A stretch of DNA of 64,000 nt, from assembly GCA_043228905.1 (NCBI GenBank), contig JBHGNT010000001.1, positions 26,226,001-26,290,000 on the forward strand. Reading direction: 5' to 3'. This document shows, in pieces, positions 1 through 9,100 of this stretch. Positions within the stretch are counted from its first letter, which is position 1; the number at the start of each line of letters is the position of its first letter. Source of the DNA: Azolla caroliniana (lineage: Eukaryota; Plantae; Polypodiophyta). The notes below the pieces were generated by a model that searched no databases, was not told the DNA's origin, and worked only from the letters and a program-made list of their open reading frames with translations. The translations under genes and the position numbers were made by a program.

Positions 1-368
1 CTACTAAGTTTTGTAATATATATTGATTATTATAAAAACTCTGGAACTAGCTCTAAAATGTCCTAAAACATCTTAGAATATTCTAGGTCTAGAACATTCT
101 TGAACATAATAGAAATCTCTAAGGTATTCTATAGGAACCTATAAATAGAGACATACATGTCTTCTCAAATCAATTCTAATCAAACTGTCAGAACCTAGAA
201 TAAAAGATAGCGTGATGGAAGAACGATATAAGAGAACACAAGAAGAAAGGAATGAAATGATAAGAGAAGAATGAGTGTATTAAGATAGAAAGAGAAAGAT
301 AATGGATACAAGAAAGGTAAACATATAGCCCTACTCGAACTCCACGGCAAACACGTAGTCCAGTTCCA

Positions 369-520
369 ATGGATAGTCCTACACCCATGGCAATCGATAT
401 GACCCAACAACGAGGACCATTGTCGGACGAAGAGATGCAACACCGCCGAGCAAACCATCTATGCTTATATTGCGGAGGTCCAAGACATATAGCCATTCAT
501 TGCCCCCGTAGGCCGAGACA
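369..520 (+). pseudogene. Ty3/gypsy gag C-terminal fragment with CCHC zinc knuckle (chromovirus/Tcn1-like)
   Basis: PMAID...RGPLSDEEMQHRRANHLCLYCGGPRHIAIHC motif; no pol follows before the PPT at about 718-730. Confidence 0.7.
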
Positions 521-730
521 TTTGGTAAATCAAATTCATTATGACAATAAAAATGAGTCCAACATTTTGGTGTTCCACTTCCCGGTGAGGACCATACACA
601 ATCGCTCATGTTCGTTGGTGTTCGTGTCTCCAGTGAGGACCTCACATGGTCACTCACGTCCGTTGGTGCTCTGTTTCCCGCTCACCCCTACACCACGCTT
701 TCGAAAAGACGGTCGTACAGGGGAGGATAA

Positions 731-1264
731 TGTCACGATTGTGTCATGACATAAAATATATAGTTGTTGAGGATTGAACCTACAACCTCATGTTAACAAG
801 ACATCATGCTCAACCATTTAAATATCAGCATGTATTTGTATATAATAATTTAGTATTATATATTCTAGCATATAATACATTCCATAATATTCTAGTCTTT
901 AGTATATTCTAGAAATATTCTATGGTGTATTCTAGACGGGTATATTCTAGAGATATTTGTCGGGTATGTTCTAGAGATATTTCTCGAGGATATTCTAGAC
1001 ATAATCAATCTCAGAACTTGTATAAATACTTGTAACCCCCTTGGTTCCTTTCAAGGGATTCAACACTAGTCATTGACACATCAATCTAGTATTCTTGTTC
1101 CATTCCATCTTGTCTCGTTCGTCATCTCTATCTCCATGCTCTCCATAACTTCTAAGTTCATAGTCTCATCACTCACAACTTCTAGAGTTCCTAGCCTCGT
1201 CACTTCTAGTTCCACATTCGTCATCCATGCTCTGTCGTAGTCTGCGGTTGGTGTGTCCGTGATA
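731..1264 (+). mobile_element. LTR of a deleted gypsy element
   Basis: Preceded by purine tract caggggaggataa; starts TGTCACG and ends CGTGATA (1 mismatch to the inverted terminus); TATAAATA at 1021. Confidence 0.65.
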
Positions 1265-1495
1265 GTCAACTTGGTAAATTTTCCTATATAGGAGTGAAGG
1301 GGGAGTTTTGTTGTGGAGAAGAGGTCCCTCCTAATGGGAGGAGAGTCTATCCAACCAAGAGCCGGTTCTATGCCGACTAATCTGGCTGTGAGTCAGACCA
1401 ATATGAGAGTTGGCTAATTTAGGAGCTAATTCGGCCAACCCAACCAGAGGCAAGACGGCCTAAAGCCGATGCAAGGCTATATTTGTAAATACCTA

Positions 1496-1499
<4 letters not shown>

Positions 1500-1534
<35 letters not shown>
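1500..1534. repeat. (GT)n microsatellite
   Basis: Direct reading. Confidence 0.95.
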
Positions 1535-1538
<4 letters not shown>

Positions 1539-1894
1539 CTAGGGCAAAGAAAAAGAATCCTTGGAACAAGCCTGACACCAATTGATCTTATTTGTATAAG
1601 GTGATAGAGAAGGACTCTAAATCAATGAATATTAATGAACTATCATTGATGGACGTTGTAGACTTCAATGATACAAGAAAATTGATTCCAGGTTCAAATG
1701 GTTTAATGCTCGAGACTTTGACGATAATGGAACAACAAGTACATGTCTTATGGGATCTAAGTTGTCGAGATCGAACGAAGAGCGAAGTGATACACAAGGA
1801 TGGGAAGTGAGATTAATTACCATCTATCTCACTTCCCATCCTCGTGTATTGTTTTGGTTGCATATAGTGGCTATTCAACAAAAGTTAGTTAGGA

Positions 1895-1966
1895 ATGTTC
1901 CACTGAGACTTGAGCTCAAGTTATTGGATTTAAAGTCCAATGTCTTAACCACTAGATTATGAAACA
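1895..1966 (-). pseudogene. Degenerate tRNA-Gln copy
   Basis: Colinear with the 19737-19808 copy over 72 nt with many transitions. Confidence 0.7.
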
Positions 1967-2090
1967 ATTGAATAGTTATGAATGATATTCAAGAAAATAT
2001 TGAAAGAAGGTTCAATTCTCAATGTCCTAACCACGGAACTATTGAACAAACAAAAATATCACAGAAGAAGAGAAATCATTGGTACAAACT

Positions 2091-2140
2091 TAGGTTGCTG
2101 GATTGAGAGTCCAATATCCTAACTACTAGACCATGGAACC
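2091..2140 (-). pseudogene. Partial tRNA-Gln copy (5' two-thirds)
   Basis: Minus strand GGTTCCATGGTCTAGTAGTTAGGATATTGGACTCTCAATCCAGCAACC. Confidence 0.7.
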
Positions 2141-2214
2141 ATTGAACAGTAAGTAATACAAGAATGGGAAGTGAAATAGATATTAAATCACCTCATCTAT
2201 ATAGAGCAATCAAT

Positions 2215-2299
2215 AATGGGGGTATTATGCCATGCTAATGTTCCTTGGATGGTACACATCTTTGGGGTCAAGTGCCGATGGGCACATCAGACTACTCGT
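2215..2299 (-). other. Plastid-derived fragment (NUPT): trnI-GAU group II intron, part left of the retrotransposon
   Basis: Minus strand GATGTGCCCATCGGCACTTGACCCCAAAGATGTGTACCATCCAAGGAACATTAGCATGG resembles the recalled plastid trnI intron 5' region. Confidence 0.75.
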
Positions 2300-3092
2300 T
2301 GTCGAGATATTACGCAAGTGCGTGTGGAAACGAGGCGGGACCGCGGGGGTCTCGAACCAAAGAGCAAACGAGGGAGGAGAAAGAGAGAGAACCAGCTACG
2401 CAGGACCGGGGATACACAGGGACACGGCCCTTCAGCACGGAGAACGCGAACAGACACCGACACAGACAGATGCGAATGACTAAATATGTATATTAACAAA
2501 AATGGCTAACACGACTACAACCCTCGATGGGGCACAGGTTGGCTACAACTGAACAGGCCGGCGAACAGATGTCGATGCCTGTTCGCTTCGACGCACAAAG
2601 GGGTAGCAGGTCGGAGGTGCTGCCGGAAGCACTCGGGCATTCCTCGAAACAGCGCGAGCCTCCTCGGAACCCTGCACAGAAAAGCTATGGAGCTCAAGAA
2701 GGAAGGAAACAGAGAGAGAAGCGTCCAGAAACGGTCCGGCAGCACTTCGTCCTCTCTGCGCGAGATCCCTACAACAGCTCTTTCCTGCTCCTTATATAGG
2801 CCGACGAGCAGGCTGTCATGTCAGCTTTATTCCCTGTCCCTTTTGGACAGGGATCCGCTCCGTTCTTCACGCATCCGCGTAGTTACGCCGCCGACTCGTA
2901 CAGTTCCTTAGCTCGCGCGCGCGACCGAAAAGACTGTTCGCGCGGTCTTTGTCTCCACTTGTGTTAGGGCCCGTTCCTGCCGATTATCCTCCTAATTCGC
3001 TTCTATGTACAACTTGGAGCGTGCGCGCGTGAAGAACCGGTTCCCACGCCTTGGTGCGCCGATTCCGCCTATGGACGGTTTTCTTCACGACA
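2300..3092 (-). repeat. 3' LTR of outer element
   Basis: Matches 18688-19480 with about 9 substitutions counted by eye. Confidence 0.95.
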
Positions 3093-3107
3093 TCCGCCCC
3101 CACCTAA
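3093..3107 (-). other. Polypurine tract of outer element
   Basis: Minus strand TTAGGTGGGGGCGGA abutting the 3' LTR. Confidence 0.8.
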
Positions 3108-3163
3108 CCGCGCATCCTCCGGTATGCGCCAAGAGAGTTGGGACGGAGAAAACCGGCCCGTCT

Positions 3164-5695
3164 TCATTCCTCGCCCGTCGGTTCTTCCTCGTTTTCGGAT
3201 CGTTCGTCACTGTTGACTAGGAGAGCCGGGTCTGGCTCGTCGTCGTGTCGCTTCTTGAACGCTTTGATCCGCTTCCCTGCAACCGGTATCGCCATTCTCG
3301 TGCCGTCTAGTTCCGCCAGGTGATATGTCCCGTTGTCATTGGCGCTCCGTACCACGTAAGGCCCGAACCACCTTCGTGCGAACTTCCGTGTAGCTCGGTG
3401 CTGGTTGTCGAGGCTGCTGTCGTAGACGAGCACCCAGTCACCTTCGTCGATTTTCTTCGGTCGGAGCCGGTGCGTTCGGTCGAACCTGGCTTTGTTCTTT
3501 GTCCTGGCCACCCGGAGCTTCTCCGCAACCAGCTCCACGTCCTCCAGTCTCCGCTCGAGCTGTCGTATACGCGCGGCCAACAACTCCTCCCGGCTCATCT
3601 CGTCCCTCCAGTCGACCGTTGCCCACGAGGAGATCGTCCGTTCCATCGGCATGATCGGCTTCTGGCCGAACATGAGCTCCGTCGGCATGTACCCGGTTAC
3701 CGAACTGTGCGTGGTCCGGTCTGCCCACAAAGCATAAGGTAGCAGCCGTGGCCAGTTACCGACTTGGCCTCCGCATGCTCGAACCAGCGCCTTGACGATC
3801 GGTCTGTGTCCGTGCTCCACCTTTCCATTCGCCTCCGGATTGTACGCAGTGGTGAGCGAGAGCTTGACTCCCAACCGGTCGAACAGCTCCGCGGCTTCTT
3901 CGGCGTCCAACTCCCCTCGGTCGGCCACGATCTTCCCGACGCACCCGTACCGGCATATCACGTCCTCGATTAGGAACCGACATACGGCCGCGGTCGTTTT
4001 GTTCGGAAGGGCCCGGCCTTCCACCTGGTTCGTCAGATCCTCCCGCGCTAGGACCAGGTACCGCATCTGTCCTACCCCCATTGGCATCGTCACCAGATCT
4101 ACCATCCATTTGAAGTGGATGGTCGGAGGGTACGTAGGGTGAAGCTCGTCCCGGTGTCGGACCACAGAGTGCATCTGACAGCTCTCGCAAGTTGTCACTA
4201 ATCGATGCACGTCCCGGTACAGTCCCGGCCACCAGTACTTCTCCTTTATCTTCTCGAACGTGGCCCAAGTTCCACGGTGTCCGGCCCAAGGGCTGTCGTG
4301 GTAGGCCGTCAGCAGCTCCTCCTGTTCTTCCTTCATCGCCACCACACGGAGCGGAGCGCCGTCCCTCTTCTTCGGGTGCTTCCACAGATAGCCATCCCGG
4401 AGAAAGAACCGGTACGCTTTCTTCCGGATCCGGTTGGCCTCGTCTTTCGTCCATGACGCATCCGGCGCCATTGTCCTCAAGAACCCGCCGATCTGCAGCC
4501 ACTCCCCGTCGTACTTGCTCGCGTCGAAGTCGTTAAGCGCCGGAGTGCTCGTCCCGCCGGTTGTTACGTATGCTGCCTCGAAGAAGTCCACGCCGACCTC
4601 TTCGTCCTCCGAAACCATGCCGCCCTCGTCATCGAATCTCGCCCTTGAAAGCATGTCGGCCATGGCGTTGTCTTTCCCAAAAATGTGTCGTATTTCCGGG
4701 TCCAGGGACTTGATGTACGCTATCCACCTGAGCATTGCCAGGTCCGGCGTCGCGCATCCGGAAACCATGCCGAGAATCGGCATGCAATCCATCTCTATGA
4801 TTACCTCTGTCCCGATCAGATAGTCCTTGTCGGCCTTCACCGCCGAAACGATACCCCAGAGTTCACGTTTAACCTGGGCGTATCCTCGCTGCCGCTCACT
4901 GAGGACCTTCGCGCCGAATCGGATCGGGAACCGATTGCCGTCCTCGTCTTCTTGGTTGACGACCCACCCGATTCCGGTCGGACTCGTGTCAACCGTTATG
5001 TACAATGGGGTGCCCTTCCTGTAGACGGCCTTTCGGAGCGCCGGTGCTGCCGAAAGAGCCTCCTTCAACTTCCGGACCGACTCCGTGTGCTTGTCTAGCC
5101 AGTCGAATCTTCGCCCTTTCTTCAATAATCCGTACAGCGGCTCCGCGACATGCGCGTAATGCGGGATCCATATGTGGTAGAAGGCGCATGCTCCCAAGAA
5201 TCTTCGTACTTCCGTGACCGAGCTGCAATCAAGCTTCATCGCGGAGATGGCTTCTACCTTTGCCGGAGACGGTTTCCGGCCATATGGTCCACATAAATGT
5301 CCGACCACCATGATTTCCGACTGCCCGAAGGCTGATTTCTCCCCCGAGAAGGTGAGCCTCGCAGCCTCTAGCCTTTGCAGCACCTTCTCGCAGTCGTCGA
5401 TGTGCGTCGCCACGAATCGCCGGCATCTGTCCGGCCCGATCGTCTCGTCCTTTTCTTCTACCGGGCATCCCTTGATCGGGATGTCGTCTAGAAACGGCAT
5501 GGTGATGTCCGGGATGCAGTCCCTCAGCACCTTGTTCATTGCATTCACCATGTGGGCCACCGAGTTGGTCCCTCCTTGCGGCAGCGTACACATCCGCACT
5601 AGGCCGAGGGGAGTTCGCATCGTCGTAATGTCTCTGCTCTCCACGGCTAGCTGGAACTGGTCGTACCCTAAGTATAGATCACCGACCGAGTAAAT
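3164..5695 (-). pseudogene. Outer pol, 3' part: RT core, RNase H, integrase
   Basis: LPQG, FLDD, TVDTS, HHCC zinc motif, D-D-E, WFGPY; the frame runs up to the insertion site and joins the 15565-16520 part as FAGRSIY-SVGDLY. Confidence 0.92.
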
Positions 5696-6116
5696 TGTTA
5701 CCGGCCGGCAAGGAGTCCAAAATACGGAGTGAAGGAATTAATTAGATATGGTTGTAAATGAGCATAGTGTGGACGGACGGACTGGAAACGGTATGCCGTT
5801 CCAGATCCGGACCGATCCCGAAAAGGTGCCGGTTGGCACCGTTTTGTACTACGGGCCGGAAACCTATTTAAAGGCCCGGACCCCATTGTAATGACAGCGG
5901 ATAATTAATAGAGATTCTGATGTTTATACTTCTGTCTTGATTTCCGTTCTGTAATCACTGTTATATCTTACGCGTGTAATTAACCAAAGCAATCTAATCG
6001 TGTAACCTACGTAAGTCGGTGTAATCGTTGAATCTTAATCCTATGCCGTAATCACCCTTTGGTGAAGTGTCTCCGTGACACCTTGTGTTAGGCCTTGTCC
6101 GGCTAAGCGAATAACA
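5696..6116 (+). repeat. 5' LTR of inner element
   Basis: TGTTA...TAACA termini; TATTTAAA near 5864. Confidence 0.9.
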
Positions 6117-6122
6117 CAGTTT

Positions 6123-6133
6123 TGGCGACCACG
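6123..6133 (+). other. PBS of inner element, probably tRNA-Arg(UCG)
   Basis: TGGCGACCACG, complementary to recalled tRNA-Arg 3' end ...GUGGUCGCCA. Confidence 0.7.
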
Positions 6134-6167
6134 ATTCCTGCTTTCTCGCAGCGAACGACGGTAATGG

Positions 6168-9100
6168 ATGACTAGACCAACGCACGACTTGGTTACAGAC
6201 CGAGCTCGACGCATCGCCGAACGGCAAAGACGGCGTGAGACTTTCCAGCAAGCAGCGCAGGAAATTCGCTCGGATCGTTCGTTCTCCAACGAGATCCGGA
6301 GAGTCGCGGAGGAATCTCTCCGGTTACGGCAAACTCGCAACCAGGACGACGGAAGCAGTCTAAGTAGTCTCCGGGAAACCGAACGACTCCTGGAGGCGCT
6401 GGCAAGCGGAGAAAACGAGGCAGAAGCCTTTTCAGCCTACGAATCGGATTCCGAAGGGGGATACAGCGTGCACACGAACTACCGGAGCAGCAACGATACC
6501 CCCGGCGGCCCGGAAGACGACGGGTCGGATACCGTGCCGACTCCAGAACCGGAACCGCTCAACCAGGGCTATCCGGAACCGCAAACGGAAGCCGTCAACC
6601 CACCAACACCGGAAGTGGAAGAGGCAAAGCCACCAACACCAACGAAAGGGCCGGCAATTGCACCGGAAGAAGAGCCGGAAAAAGAACCGGAAAAAGGACC
6701 GGCAAAAGAACCGGAAGTGGAACCGGAGAAAGAACCGGAAAAATATCAACAAACGCCACTACAGCGCGGCTTAATACTGGACGACGACATGCCGTTCCAA
6801 TACTCAAAGTACCGCGATGATCCGGATGCGGAAGCGCATGTGGATGACTTCGAGCAGACATGGGAAGCAAATCACACGTCCCAGCGAATGACACCGGAGG
6901 AGGAAGAACGCTCGAAGATAGCGGAATTCGGAGTCACGTTGGAGGGACCAGCGACACGATGGCGGCGGTCGCAGGACCCGGCGACCATCACAACATTTGC
7001 AGAATTAAAAGCAAAATTCTTGCATTTTTTCCACAAGGAGGTCGACCAGACGACAATGGTGGGCCTGTTTTATACGATCCGGCAGGAGGCAGGGGAAAGC
7101 ATTCCCCAATTCGTCATCCGTTTCCAACGGATGCATAGCCAGCTTGCCCGTGCACCCCCGGAGGAGGAATTACGGACGATATTTTTAAACGCACTCCGGG
7201 AACCGTTACGCACGGTGTGTACGGTGATTGACTTTCGAGGATGCACCATCGATCAGGTCATTGACCGGGTCAGAGAGATGGAAAAGACAAGCTCATGGCT
7301 TACGCTGGGAACACTGCAACGGGCGTTACCCACCGAGGAAGATCTCCGGTTCCGGCAGGCAATTCAATGCACAATCTGCTTGAATGCCGGACACTCGGCA
7401 GTAGAGTGCACCATGCGCACTCAGTGTGTGATTTGTCAATCCAAGAGTCATACAACGGACCGGTGCGAGTATAACCTGTTAAACCGACAAGCACCACCCG
7501 TCCGACGGATCGAGCCAAGAAACAGCCAAGACGAAGATGAAGATCGTTGGCAAAAAATGAACCGGTACCGACCGGCACAGGATGTCCGGTACGGAGACAG
7601 GCAAGAGAATGATGGCCGGTACGGGAATCGGCGTGATAACTACGACCGGTATGAGCGGTCGGACCGTTATCGAGAGCCCAACAGGCGACACGAGCAATAC
7701 GACAGAGACCATTCCCCTGGTTACCGAAGGCACCAGGAGGACTACGGCCGATTTTACGATCCACCACGACCGGACTACCGAAATAAACATAAGAATAATA
7801 AGAAACGTAATTTCAAGAAAGGTGGTCACCCTAGGGACCCGGAACATGGAACCCCAAGGAGCCAACCGGCACAGAACGCACCACTCGCTACGGGACCGAC
7901 TCCGGCTACCAGCAATGCTGAATCCAGCAATACCCGTAAAGAGTACTGCTACTACTGCAGGCAGGAAGGCCACTACAGTAACCAGTGCCCGGTAAAGAGC
8001 TACGAGAAACGACCAGCAGTTAATATGGTGGTTCCGGAAGTGGCGGATTTACAGCAAGTAACCACACGGTCGAAAGGAATGGCCAAAGAATGGGAAACAC
8101 AAGAGGCCATACGAAAACAGGCGACGGAATGGGTGAAGGAAGCCAATGAAAGAAACGTCGCGGACGCGGAACGGCAAAAGGCGACGACCATAGGGAGTGC
8201 CGGCGGTAGCCACCCAGAAAACGAGACATGGCAAGCACTACAAGAATGTCAGATCACGTTACCCTTAGGAAGACTCTTGCAGCTCGTGCCGCGATTCACA
8301 GAAGGACTAAAAACGGTCATGACAGACGGTATAGCTCCACCGGCACCAGTCCTTTTCTCGAATCCGGAGGAGGGACCGACGGTGGTGGACACTAGTAGTC
8401 CGGTGATCACAGCTATTGTCAAAGGGCACGAACTTCCCGGCACAGTAATCGATGGAGGTTCCGGAGTGAACGTAATAAGCCTTCGTACGTGTGAGGCCTT
8501 GGGTATACATGAATGGGAGCCATGTCCGTTCTGGCTACGGATGGCGGATACGAGCTCTGTACGGCCGACGGGCTTAATACGGAAATTGGAAGTCACCATA
8601 GGAGGCCACACATTTCACATCTCGGCTGTAGTGCTGCAGCTACAGGCGCAAGGCGCGTACCCACTGCTGCTGGGCAGACCATGGTTGAAAACAGCACACA
8701 TCAAGCAAAATTGGCGAAAAAATATGATTACCTTCCGGCGCGGAAAAGCCAAGGTCCGGGTACCGACACAACCACGGACGAGCAACGGTAAGGAATGCAC
8801 ACCGCTGTATGCGGAATGTGTGAACATGCTTGAAGGATTGGCGGACGACGAAGAAGCCCGGTACTTGGAGGAACATCCGAAGATCGTACCACTCTTCGAG
8901 ATTGACGTAGCTGAAGCCGTAGCCGCATACTTGCCGCAGCGGGACGACACCGAAGCCGAACCAGACAAATATGCGATTCGGGAATTACGGCAAGCACAGG
9001 AAGCGTTGGAACGGGAAATGGCCGTTTCCCAACGGGTAAAAGCATCCCAGCTCGACGAAGTGAACCTAGGAAGCAAAGACGAATCAAAGCCGGTACACAT

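Noticed and set aside
5696-6116. Hammerhead or HDV-like ribozyme in the inner LTR
   Set aside because: No CUGANGA...GAAA core or convincing nested pseudoknot seen by eye; an Infernal search would be needed.
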